IMG/VR virus record: IMGVR_UViG_3300045988_165611
Coordinates: 1-48,115 of that record
Strand: one strand, 5' to 3'
Length of the DNA: 48,115 nt
Source of the DNA: a virus
The position numbers and the translations under genes were made by a program. Positions 19,978 through 27,694 of this stretch are shown here, one piece after another. Numbering within the stretch: position 1 is the first letter of the stretch; every line of letters starts with the position of its first letter. Under the pieces are notes generated by a model, which was given only the letters and a program-made list of their open reading frames with translations, was not told the origin of the DNA and did no database searches.

Positions 19978-20949
19978 ATGGCGAACTTAGTAGAAACAAC
20001 ACTTTACTCGCACGAGGGCGCAACCAATACGCCCTTAGCACCTGCGACCAAAGCGACGCAGGTGCAGATTGCGAACGTGGAGGGGCAAGCGTCTAACGTG
20101 GAGACGGAAATCGTTGCGCTCCGTACAAAACTCAATCAGGCGATTGATGCAGGCGTGCATTTCCGCGGCGCAGTCAATTCGACAACGCCATTGCCGACAG
20201 TTGCATATAAAGCGGGTTGGCAGTACATCGTGGGCGAGGCCGGCACGTATGCCGGCAACGTGTGCGAAGCGGGCGACTACATCATTTGTATTAAGGACTA
20301 CGCAAGTGGGAGCGCATCCAATTCGGATTGGACTGTCCTGCAGAAAAACCTTGACGGCGCAGTGACAGGACCGTCAACGAGTGTTGCCAATCACGTGGCT
20401 GTGTTTGACGGCACGAGCGGCGCGAAGCTCAAAGACAGTGGGTTCACGATTGGTAAGTCCGTTCCTGCCGATGCCGAATTTACGGACACAACCTACAAGC
20501 CTGCGACCGACAAAGCAGATGGCCTGATGACGGCTGCGCAGTACACGAAACTTGCAGGCATCGAGACGGGTGCGGACAAGACGGACGCTGACAATGTGGA
20601 GGCAGCAGGCGCTTTCATGAAGGCTACGGACAATTTGGACTCCGTGGCTGACAGCACGACCTACGTGAAGATGAAAGCGACCGAGCGCACGAAGCTCGAA
20701 GGCGTCGCCACAGGCGCTGAAGTCAACCAGAACGCTTTTGCCAAAGTGAAAGTCGGCGAGACAACGCTCACGGCTACAGCCAAACAGGACACGCTGGAAA
20801 TCGAAGCGGGCGAGGGCGTGACGATTACAGCCAGCGGGAAGAAGGTCACGATCAAAGAAACGTACATTGACTCGTGCGTTGTTTCGACGCTTGACAACGT
20901 GCCAGCGAATCTTCGCAATGGTGGCTTGATCATCTTGAAGGATGCTTAA
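19978..20949 (+). CDS. Tail fibre protein with repeated fibre motif
   Basis: Two copies of a motif common in phage fibres: DKADGLMTAAQYTKLAGIETGADKT and TTYVKMKATERTKLEGVATGAEVN. Confidence 0.6.
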   Translation: MANLVETTLYSHEGATNTPLAPATKATQVQIANVEGQASNVETEIVALRTKLNQAIDAGVHFRGAVNSTTPLPTVAYKAGWQYIVGEAGTYAGNVCEAGDYIICIKDYASGSASNSDWTVLQKNLDGAVTGPSTSVANHVAVFDGTSGAKLKDSGFTIGKSVPADAEFTDTTYKPATDKADGLMTAAQYTKLAGIETGADKTDADNVEAAGAFMKATDNLDSVADSTTYVKMKATERTKLEGVATGAEVNQNAFAKVKVGETTLTATAKQDTLEIEAGEGVTITASGKKVTIKETYIDSCVVSTLDNVPANLRNGGLIILKDA

Positions 20950-21089
20950 TGTTGACTGAACTTCGTCAGGTGCTTAAAGACCCGATCTCTAGAAAGTTTT
21001 TCTGGAAGGGCGTTCGAGACGGTTTGGTTATCGGATGCCTAATCATGCTTCCGGCCTTCCTTATCGTTTGCTTGAGGGTTTTTGAATGA
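20949..21089 (+). CDS. 46-aa membrane peptide inside the fibre cluster (not in ORF track)
   Basis: TAATG and ATGA overlaps with both neighbours. Contains the hydrophobic stretch GLVIGCLIMLPAFLIVCL. Confidence 0.45.
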   Translation: MLTELRQVLKDPISRKFFWKGVRDGLVIGCLIMLPAFLIVCLRVFE

Positions 21090-21583
21090 CAGACAGCCTG
21101 TACGTCAAAACAGCGGGCGGAATACTCCCTATTGCGATTGAAGGCACGGGAGGTGGCAGTGGTTCGACCACAATCGAAGCCGAGACGCACACGATAACGG
21201 AGGCGGCGACGAGTGCGCAGTCGTATGACATCGGAACGTGCGCCTACGTGATGGTTTTCGTCAATAGCGTGCTAGGTGTGGACGGCGTTACATATGGCAT
21301 CACGGGCGGGACGACGTTGCAGTTTACCGACGTGTTGCCCGTTGGGAGCGAGGTTGTCATCGTCAAATTCAAGACCGCAGGGAGCGTTACGCCGACGCCG
21401 ACGTATGCGATTGATTCTGCACTAAGCGCGACCAGCACGAACGCTGTACAGAACAAGGTTGTGAAGGCGGCGATTGATGCCAAGGCCGACAGCACGGCGG
21501 TTACGACGGTTGATACAAATGTCACGAACCTTCAGGCGTCGATTGATTCGGCTTATGCGAAATACGTTGCGGAGATTGGGTAA
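21086..21583 (+). CDS. Tail-fibre-cluster protein
   Basis: 165 aa, T/V/G-rich and beta-like, translationally coupled to both neighbours. Confidence 0.5.
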   Translation: MTDSLYVKTAGGILPIAIEGTGGGSGSTTIEAETHTITEAATSAQSYDIGTCAYVMVFVNSVLGVDGVTYGITGGTTLQFTDVLPVGSEVVIVKFKTAGSVTPTPTYAIDSALSATSTNAVQNKVVKAAIDAKADSTAVTTVDTNVTNLQASIDSAYAKYVAEIG

Positions 21584-22098
21584 TGGCGACATTAGAAGAA
21601 ATGGTTGATAAAGCGATACAGGTAGCCGTGCTACGGGCACATCCCGTCGGGAGTTACTTCATCACGGAATCTGCCGACAACCCTCACGAAATTTTAGGGG
21701 GGGGGGTATGGCAAAAATTGGAAGGGCGATTCCTGCTCGGCGCAAATGCGTCGTACTCCGTTGGAAGTGAGGGAGGCGAGGATATGCACACACTGACAGT
21801 GAATGAAATGCCGTCGCATACACACGACTCAACGATTAAAACCTTCACGCATCAAGGAAATAAGATTCAGTTCTTCAACGCTGCAAGCGCAGACAAAGGA
21901 GGTTCGTGGTACGGAGATTACGAGTTCATGATTGCGGCGGCTCGAAAGATGAATGGCACTTCGGGCGTTCAACGCGTACTTACCGAGGCGAACCTAATAA
22001 CGAAGAAAGCGATTGAGACTGCCAACACGGGCGGTGGCACATCGCACAACAATATGCCACCGTACCGAGCCGTGAACATTTGGAAGAGGACAGCGTAA
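21583..22098 (+). CDS. Tail-collar-domain fibre protein (contains G10 tract)
   Basis: HPVGSYFIT..NP...GGGVWQKLEGRFLLGA...GGEDMHTLTVNEMPSHTH...GGGTSHNNMPPYRAVNIWKRTA matches the phage tail collar / MdpB-like pattern. Confidence 0.75.
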   Translation: MATLEEMVDKAIQVAVLRAHPVGSYFITESADNPHEILGGGVWQKLEGRFLLGANASYSVGSEGGEDMHTLTVNEMPSHTHDSTIKTFTHQGNKIQFFNAASADKGGSWYGDYEFMIAAARKMNGTSGVQRVLTEANLITKKAIETANTGGGTSHNNMPPYRAVNIWKRTA

Positions 22099-22613
22099 TG
22101 GCTACGTTTGAAGAGACAATCGAGAAAGCTGTTCAGGCGGCGGTCAAGAGGGCAAACGCTTATACCGACGAGGCGCTCGAAAACTACAGCGGAACGGCCA
22201 AACTAAACACGCTTATTGATAGCCGAATCCCAAAGGTGAATTACAAGTTTGTGAAGTGGAAGAAAACCGTTCTTACGAGTAGCGCTCCCTCAACGGAGCA
22301 ATCACTCACGCTTACCACAACGGGCAAGCCCGTGTTCCTTTTGGTGTGTGGCGATGGCAACCCCGAAGTCAATGCTGCATGGCTTCGCATTACCTTACAA
22401 CGAGGTACGACCAAGCTTGCTACTCAAATAACACAAATGTCCGATGGTGTATCCACAAACAAGGTTTTCTCACTCGGATTTATCGATACGCCTAGTGCGG
22501 GAACTCAGACCTATAAAGCAACTGTCGCTTTAGGAAACACAGCTCGCTCAATTACCTTGGGTGAAGATGGCGACATAAATGCGCCTCAATTCATGGCATT
22601 CGAGATTCACTAA
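22098..22613 (+). CDS. Fibre-cluster protein sharing the N-terminal module of 21583-22098
   Basis: The ATG at 22098 is in frame with the track ORF. Its MATFEETIEKAVQAAVKRA parallels MATLEEMVDKAIQVAVLRA of the preceding gene. Confidence 0.55.
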   Translation: MATFEETIEKAVQAAVKRANAYTDEALENYSGTAKLNTLIDSRIPKVNYKFVKWKKTVLTSSAPSTEQSLTLTTTGKPVFLLVCGDGNPEVNAAWLRITLQRGTTKLATQITQMSDGVSTNKVFSLGFIDTPSAGTQTYKATVALGNTARSITLGEDGDINAPQFMAFEIH

Positions 22614-22627
22614 TTTAGGAGAAACAC

Positions 22628-23206
22628 ATGTCTGAAACAAGTTACATCGGAACGCAATTCGCCAAGCCGTTGCAGAACGACAAGATTGAGCAAAACACAG
22701 GTACTGAAGAAATGCCTCGGTTTGAATTCGTCGACAACCCCGCTCCGAATACGTACAAGAAGTACGCCGAGGCGGCGCAATGGTGCAACGAAGATGGCTG
22801 GGCGACGATTGAGGACAAGGGTGATTACTACGAAGTGGTTGCAATTCCTAAACCGCCCGAACCGACGCCCGAGGAGATTGCCGAGCGAGAGAAAGCAGAA
22901 GCGCTTGCGCAAGCCAAGAAAGAGCGAGCCGAGGCTGTTAGCAAACTCACGGTTACGGTCGACGGTATGGTTTTTGACGCTGACGAAACAAGTCAGAACC
23001 GCATGAGCCGTGTGGTCGCTGGGGCGCAAGCACTTGGCATTGACCAAAGCACAACGCAGATTTGGGTTCTTGCAGATAACACTGTTGCAACACCTACAGT
23101 TAAACAATTGGCTCAAGCACTCAAACTCGCAGGAGAGGCGCAGACGGCGCTGTGGACTGTGCCGTACCAAACCACAGAAACTGAACCGACTACCGACGGA
23201 GAATAA
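22628..23206 (+). CDS. DUF4376-like fibre-associated protein
   Basis: The C-half VTVDGMVFDADETSQNRMSRVV...IWVLADNTVATPTVKQL resembles the DUF4376 pattern seen next to phage fibres. Confidence 0.5.
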   Translation: MSETSYIGTQFAKPLQNDKIEQNTGTEEMPRFEFVDNPAPNTYKKYAEAAQWCNEDGWATIEDKGDYYEVVAIPKPPEPTPEEIAEREKAEALAQAKKERAEAVSKLTVTVDGMVFDADETSQNRMSRVVAGAQALGIDQSTTQIWVLADNTVATPTVKQLAQALKLAGEAQTALWTVPYQTTETEPTTDGE

Positions 23207-23208
23207 TC

Positions 23209-24285
23209 ATGGCATTCCCGAAACTACTACAAAAACTTTTCCAGAACAATGGAGCGGGGGACAAACTCAATCCCGACATCATCCCCGAGATGAATTACCT
23301 ACCGACAAGCGGTGGTACGGTTAACGGCTCGGTAACAATCAATGGTACAACTATCCCCGCTTCCGGCAATATTGGGGCTTATAAAGAAGGCATCAAGTTC
23401 GGTTGGGGTTCGGAGATTTCTCAATCAACACCCAGCGGTTTGAACCTTTGGGCGAAGAAAGGTGATTCGAACACTGTTCTTGCCCTGTACGCAGAAGCGA
23501 AAGGGAATGACAACGGCAATACGCCGGGAATCTACCTGCGTGCAGGGAACGGCACGGCCACAAAGGGTTTGCGCCTCACAACGAGTGCCGCAACAATTGA
23601 TGGGGTAGAAATTGCAACATTGAATACCGCCTCAAGAAATCTTGGGCATACGACGATGGTTGGCCTAGGTTTTGCGAAGGACTCAACAGTTACCCTAGTG
23701 CAATTTTTTCAAAAACTCGCCGAGCATGGATATTCCGAGTTCAACTCTGTATTAAAAATTGATTATTTATACGCAAACTCGGCTTACGTCACAGATGGAA
23801 CAAACACCGTCAAGATTGCCGGTGGCACGCTCTATTTGGGGCAAAATACACACAATCCTTCCAATGATTATGGTGTTGCTTGGGGGTTTTTTGTGCCGTC
23901 AGAGGGAACTAAACTATATCGATTCAGAACATATAAAGACAATTCGCAAGCAACATCAGACTCGCCCCAGCAGAGTATCTACCCGTATGAGTCGGGGGGT
24001 GGCCTCTCCGTCGTCGCCGAGTCCTACAGCGCTAACTCCTGGTACCGCAAATACTCCGACGGATGGATTGAGCAGGGGGGAAAGACCACGGGGAGTAGTG
24101 GGTTTACACTAACGTTCCCGCTCGCATTCAGCAACACAAACTACTCGTTTGTTTGCAACACACAAGGGAACTCCACGGGCTACGGCTACAAGCGTTCTGC
24201 TTGGATTAGCTCACGAACAGCAACGACGGTTACTCTCGGCTCAGACGCAGGCGACCCTGCTATATGGTATGCCTGCGGAAAGTAA
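23209..24285 (+). CDS. Tail fibre / receptor-binding protein with exchangeable C-terminus
   Basis: 358 aa. The conserved fibre motif SWYRKYSDGWIEQGG lies inside the 56-bp inverted repeat. Confidence 0.75.
   Translation: MAFPKLLQKLFQNNGAGDKLNPDIIPEMNYLPTSGGTVNGSVTINGTTIPASGNIGAYKEGIKFGWGSEISQSTPSGLNLWAKKGDSNTVLALYAEAKGNDNGNTPGIYLRAGNGTATKGLRLTTSAATIDGVEIATLNTASRNLGHTTMVGLGFAKDSTVTLVQFFQKLAEHGYSEFNSVLKIDYLYANSAYVTDGTNTVKIAGGTLYLGQNTHNPSNDYGVAWGFFVPSEGTKLYRFRTYKDNSQATSDSPQQSIYPYESGGGLSVVAESYSANSWYRKYSDGWIEQGGKTTGSSGFTLTFPLAFSNTNYSFVCNTQGNSTGYGYKRSAWISSRTATTVTLGSDAGDPAIWYACGK
24025..24080. repeat. Inverted repeat, left arm (56 bp, perfect)
   Basis: TACAGCGCTAACTCCTGGTACCGCAAATACTCCGACGGATGGATTGAGCAGGGGGG is the exact reverse complement of 24557-24612. 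Confidence 0.95.
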
Positions 24286-24612
24286 TTATTTGCCCCAAGC
24301 AACGACAGGGATAGATAAAGTGGCGTTGGCGCTATAGTCTTGTTGCGATACCGAGAAAAGCACCTGTGTTTTATTCACACCTGCAAAGGATACTGTCGCA
24401 TAGTAGGTGCTATCTGAGTCACCCCCTGTGTTATACGAGCCCGTGGCAGATGCCGGACCTCCGATAGCATACCCGTAAACAGCGGTAGAAAAAGGAATTG
24501 CTAGATTAACGCGGTTATTGTTAGATGGCCGCGTAGAGGTAGAGTAGTAAAAAATACCCCCCTGCTCAATCCATCCGTCGGAGTATTTGCGGTACCAGGA
24601 GTTAGCGCTGTA
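24286..24612 (-). other. Silent (start-less) alternative tail-fibre C-terminal cassette
   Basis: The minus-strand frame is open for 108 codons, YSANSWYRKYSDGWIEQGG IFYYSTSTRPSNNN...SIPVVAWGK*. It has no usable start, and its stop at 24286-24288 abuts the stop of the expressed copy. Confidence 0.8.
24557..24612. repeat. Inverted repeat, right arm (56 bp, perfect)
   Basis: Exact reverse complement of 24025-24080. It abuts the stop codon (24613-24615) of the next minus-strand gene. Confidence 0.95.
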
Positions 24613-24936
24613 TCAAAACAACGAATACGCTTCCCATCCGAGCGCGAGGATAAGGAACGCTACACCGAGAATCATTGCGTAAGCGCCCTGGGTATCGTCT
24701 TCCTTGTATCTGAGTATCTCGCAATGGATTCCGTAGAAAAAGACGACGAACGCTGTTGCCAGTGCATTCACCACATTGTCGGGCGTGTCGCTACCTGTAA
24801 ACCACTGCATCAGGTCGCCGAGGAGCGAGGCAACGTGGTAGCAACCTGCCCAGAAAATAAGCAAGAATGTGATGATTGCTAGATAGCCGATATACGTTAG
24901 CTCTTTGGGGTATGACTTCCACATCCATGTGCGCAT
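24613..24936 (-). CDS. Multi-pass membrane protein (107 aa), function unknown
   Basis: Several hydrophobic segments (YLAIITFLLIFWAGCY, ALATAFVVFFYGI, AMILGVAFLILALGW). It has its own 120-nt upstream region and an SD. Confidence 0.6.
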   Translation of the reverse strand: MRTWMWKSYPKELTYIGYLAIITFLLIFWAGCYHVASLLGDLMQWFTGSDTPDNVVNALATAFVVFFYGIHCEILRYKEDDTQGAYAMILGVAFLILALGWEAYSLF

Positions 24937-25056
24937 TTTTTTCTCCTTCGGCTAATTGATCGAGGAAATCATACCTTACCGTGGTATGCCCTTGACTACT
25001 GACTTCTCGTCTAGCCCTTCGTCTTTGAAAATGCAGGACAAGTGGCAATTGATATT

Positions 25057-25521
25057 TTATTTTGTTGTATCAAAAATCAACGCTAGTGCGTCTTTTTCTC
25101 TTGCGATTCTTCCAGCCAACTCACTGCCCTCGCTAAGTAGTCCTGCACCCTCGCTGAGAAAGCGTCGGCACTGGGCGTACTCGGCTCGGTAAGAGCGGTC
25201 GGAATTTGCTGACGCTCCGTCGGCACGGGCACTTGCGACGCGCAACCGACGCAACAGATCGTCACGCTCAGCGCGATTAGCATCAGCCCGACGGCTTTCC
25301 AAAACCAGTTTGCTAGTCGCTTCAGATAATCGTCGTTCATAGTCTTTCCCCTGTTCTTTGATTGCTAATGCGGTTTGCTCGCGTTCAGTCGCAATCTGAG
25401 CCTCGTAGCGCGCCTTGGTGAGCCAATGAGCCATGTACGCCGACACGAGGCATAGGACGACGATTAGCGCTGTCCGTGAGTTTGTTTTGAGTAGTGCGAG
25501 GATATTTAAAAGCGTGCTCAT
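25057..25521 (-). CDS. i-spanin (Rz-like)
   Basis: N-terminal TM (ALIVVLCLVSAYMAHWL) followed by a charged coiled coil. The gene follows the endolysin and contains an embedded +1-frame ORF. Confidence 0.75.
   Translation of the reverse strand: MSTLLNILALLKTNSRTALIVVLCLVSAYMAHWLTKARYEAQIATEREQTALAIKEQGKDYERRLSEATSKLVLESRRADANRAERDDLLRRLRVASARADGASANSDRSYRAEYAQCRRFLSEGAGLLSEGSELAGRIAREKDALALIFDTTK
25083..25340 (-). CDS. o-spanin (Rz1-like), embedded in the i-spanin gene
   Basis: Signal and lipobox-like MLIALSVTICCVGC followed by a Pro-rich mature part (ASQVPVPTERQQIPTALTEPSTPS). The real start may be the internal ATG at 25283. Confidence 0.65.
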   Translation of the reverse strand: MNDDYLKRLANWFWKAVGLMLIALSVTICCVGCASQVPVPTERQQIPTALTEPSTPSADAFSARVQDYLARAVSWLEESQEKKTH

Positions 25522-25973
25522 GTGTCAGCCCTCAAAAACATCTTTGCCTCTTTCTCGCGCCGACGCTTCAGCCCTTCGACCACGCGACCACCGGCTCGGC
25601 AGATATCAAGAAACTCATGAGCAGCTTTGTCTTCCTGACCGGCATTGAGATAGTGAAGCAATTTCGGCGCTTTGCGTCTCAGGTCGCCGACGTTGAACGA
25701 CAGACTGACAAGCGCAATGTACTGCCACTTCGTGACCGGCGCTTTGATGTACGATGCCATACGCCCAGCGCAGTCAATCACGTCGGCTCGAAGTAAATCC
25801 TCGGCGTGCGCTTGGCTAATCGCCATGCCCTCGGTCACGCCTGCCGTGTGCCCGTAGCCGATTGTCCAGCGCCCCGCAGAGCACTGGTAGGCTTTGAGTT
25901 TGCAGCCCTCTTCGTTGCGGATGAAGTCGAGCGCTATTTTGGGGTCATAAGAAGAAAAAGGTGAGTAGGTCAT
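25518..25973 (-). CDS. Endolysin, T4-lysozyme-like (GH24)
   Basis: NEEGCKLKAYQCSAGRWTIGYGHT fits the E-8aa-D/C-5aa-T catalytic triad. No N-terminal TM or SAR segment is present. Confidence 0.8.
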   Translation of the reverse strand: MTYSPFSSYDPKIALDFIRNEEGCKLKAYQCSAGRWTIGYGHTAGVTEGMAISQAHAEDLLRADVIDCAGRMASYIKAPVTKWQYIALVSLSFNVGDLRRKAPKLLHYLNAGQEDKAAHEFLDICRAGGRVVEGLKRRREKEAKMFLRADT

Positions 25974-26404
25974 CTGAATGTCGTCCTATTCTTAAGTCGT
26001 TCTAAAAAAGATTGCACTTGTTGCGGTACAAGTCCGGGATGTACGCGCCCCACGTTTTCAATGATTGACATCATCTCGTTTAGCCCGAACGCGCCGACAA
26101 AAACTTGTTGGATAATCGTGATGCCGATGATCACATCCAGGCCGTGAGCAAGCGCACAGAGCCACAAGATGATGAATTTTTTAATCAACCCGTTTGCGCC
26201 TTTCTTACTGTCATACTCGCCGAGCCGCAGGGCTTGATACACGCCTGATAAATAATCGCTTAGCATCAGTACGAGGAACCATTGCATCGCAAGATGCACA
26301 TTGTCGAACGCGAGCGCCCAGACATAGCCGATACATGCTCCGATACCAAGAACGATGCGTTCCAAATAGTTCGGTAGTAGGTCGAAAAAGAACTCTCGCA
26401 ACAT
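25970..26404 (-). CDS. Holin
   Basis: 144 aa with multiple TM segments, first gene of the cassette, overlapping the endolysin start. Confidence 0.65.
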   Translation of the reverse strand: MLREFFFDLLPNYLERIVLGIGACIGYVWALAFDNVHLAMQWFLVLMLSDYLSGVYQALRLGEYDSKKGANGLIKKFIILWLCALAHGLDVIIGITIIQQVFVGAFGLNEMMSIIENVGRVHPGLVPQQVQSFLERLKNRTTFR

Positions 26405-26427
26405 GAGAAACTCCCGGTTTTCGTTGG

Positions 26428-26467
26428 GCAGACGCTACCACGTGCTTTTTAAAATCCTGAACGCTTT
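26428..26467 (-). promoter_or_regulatory. Conserved intergenic motif, partial copy D (minus strand, upstream of the holin)
   Basis: The minus strand reads AAAGCGTTCAGGATTT-N10-GTG.... The first block is conserved and the second block diverges. Confidence 0.45.
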
Positions 26468-26579
26468 TCTCCGTTATGGTTATTTACTAGTGTGAAATAC
26501 GGATTGCTCTTTGATTTAAAAGGACTATTATGAGTTTTGGCAGATACTCTCTGCCAAAAAATTTATTAAGGAGAACGGT

Positions 26580-26738
26580 ATGGAAATCGTGCGATGTCCG
26601 AAGTGCCATAAACGGCTCTTCGATATGTCTGATGATTTAATCGGTACAATCTCCATTCAGTGCCGACGATGTAAGACAGTGGTTGTTTTCAGTTTCCCCT
26701 CCCTGCACGTGCAACCGGAACCTATTGCCGGTCCGTAA
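26580..26738 (+). CDS. com: Mu Com-like zinc-finger protein (52 aa; not in ORF track)
   Basis: MEIVRCPKCHKRLFDMSDDLIGTISIQCRRCKTVVVF has the RCxxCxKxLF...IxIxCxRCK pattern and Cys spacing of Mu Com. SD AAGGAGAA lies upstream. Confidence 0.7.
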   Translation: MEIVRCPKCHKRLFDMSDDLIGTISIQCRRCKTVVVFSFPSLHVQPEPIAGP

Positions 26739-26819
26739 TTCCAAGGCCTCTGAGCCACCTCTTTTAAGCCAAGCGAGCTTTAAGTAAACCTAAGAGTTTT
26801 CTCTTTTAAGGAGATTACT

Positions 26820-26870
26820 ATGGCTGAATTTGCCTCTAAAGGTGTGGCGGGTACAGGTCTCGGCTTGGGT
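26820..26870 (+). CDS. Exon 1 of the intron-split gene (17 codons: MAEFASKGVAGTGLGLG)
   Basis: SD AAGGAG lies 7 nt upstream. The frame runs into ATG TGA immediately after 26870. Confidence 0.7.
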
Positions 26871-27694
26871 ATGTGACAATGCCCTCTGAATCCTTTTCCT
26901 TAGCGGTTCTAAGGGGTAAAATTAAGTAGTTAAACTACTCTAGGATTGGCTATATGGTTGAAGTTAAGAACGTCATTGGGTACATAGGGCTGTATCTTAT
27001 TGATAGCCTTGGAAATGTAGTATCTCTACCGAAGATTCAAGGTCGTCGGTTACATAACAAGTACAAGATACTCAATACCAAAGTCAATAAGCTTGGCTAT
27101 AAGGAAGTTGCTCTGACGAAAAACGGCAAAACAAAGACTTTGCTTCTGCACCGTTTAATCGCTCAACACTTCGTTCCTAACCCAAACGATTTGCCTTGCG
27201 TGAACCATAAAAATGGCATCAAGGCTGATAACCGTATTGAAAACCTGGAGTGGTGCACGAAAAGCCAAAACACGAAGCATGCTTTTGACAATAATCTAGG
27301 CGGTTTTAAGCTTCGTGCGATTAAAAATCTTGAATCGTGGAACAGATGCCATGCATATCTAAGGATTGTGCTTGAGAAAGATGGAAGAACAATTGAGTTT
27401 TCGTCATCTTTTGATGCCGCTCGCTTCATTGGCGTGACGCAGAGCGACATCACTAGAGCAATAACGAAGCGTCAGTGTTGCCACGGTTACAGAGTGTTTG
27501 GTTTTAAGCTACAAGATTTTGCTAACGGGGAAACCTCTCAGAGGCAATCCCGTGGGAAGCCTGAAAAATCAGGAACCTGTATCGACTATTCCTCGGAAGG
27601 GAAGTAGAGCTGAGTTAACCACAGTTCGAAATGGGATTCGCAGCAAAAGCTGTTAAGAGATAGTCAGTGCCACTGGCGACAGTGGAAGAACATG
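26871..27694 (+). mobile_element. Group-I-like self-splicing intron (824 nt) carrying an HNH homing endonuclease ORF
   Basis: The 5' splice site follows a U in a U.G pair of P1 (GGGU|AU / AUGCCC). The IGS CAAUGCCC (26877-26884) also pairs with exon 2 AUUG. GACUAU (27584-89) pairs with AUAGUC (27660-65), and AAGAGAUAGUCA resembles the group I S element. A GNRA-capped hairpin lies at 27670-27685 and the terminal G is at 27694. Confidence 0.75.
26954..27607 (+). CDS. HNH homing endonuclease (intron-encoded)
   Basis: N-terminus IGYIGLYLIDSLGNVVS is NUMOD4-like. LHRLIAQHF..VNHKNGIKADNRIENLEWCTKSQNTKHA is an HNH motif. Confidence 0.85.
   Translation: MVEVKNVIGYIGLYLIDSLGNVVSLPKIQGRRLHNKYKILNTKVNKLGYKEVALTKNGKTKTLLLHRLIAQHFVPNPNDLPCVNHKNGIKADNRIENLEWCTKSQNTKHAFDNNLGGFKLRAIKNLESWNRCHAYLRIVLEKDGRTIEFSSSFDAARFIGVTQSDITRAITKRQCCHGYRVFGFKLQDFANGETSQRQSRGKPEKSGTCIDYSSEGK

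Noticed and set aside
24025-24612. Diversity-generating retroelement (TR/VR pair) as the explanation for the duplicated fibre segment
   Set aside because: The two copies are inverted and 100 percent identical rather than direct with adenine-specific differences. No reverse transcriptase ORF exists anywhere in the window.
26537-26560. Hairpin TTGGCAGA-tactc-TCTGCCAA as an intrinsic terminator
   Set aside because: It is followed by an A run on the + strand and by AAAACTC on the - strand, so there is no U tract in either direction. Its function is unknown.
27692-27694. ATG at 27692 as the genuine start of the downstream gene (the track annotation)
   Set aside because: The protein would then begin in the middle of a hydrophobic Gly-rich segment. 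That segment's first half, with a strong SD, is encoded at 26820-26870, and the intervening sequence has group I intron features. The ATG is more likely the intron 3' end (terminal G at 27694).
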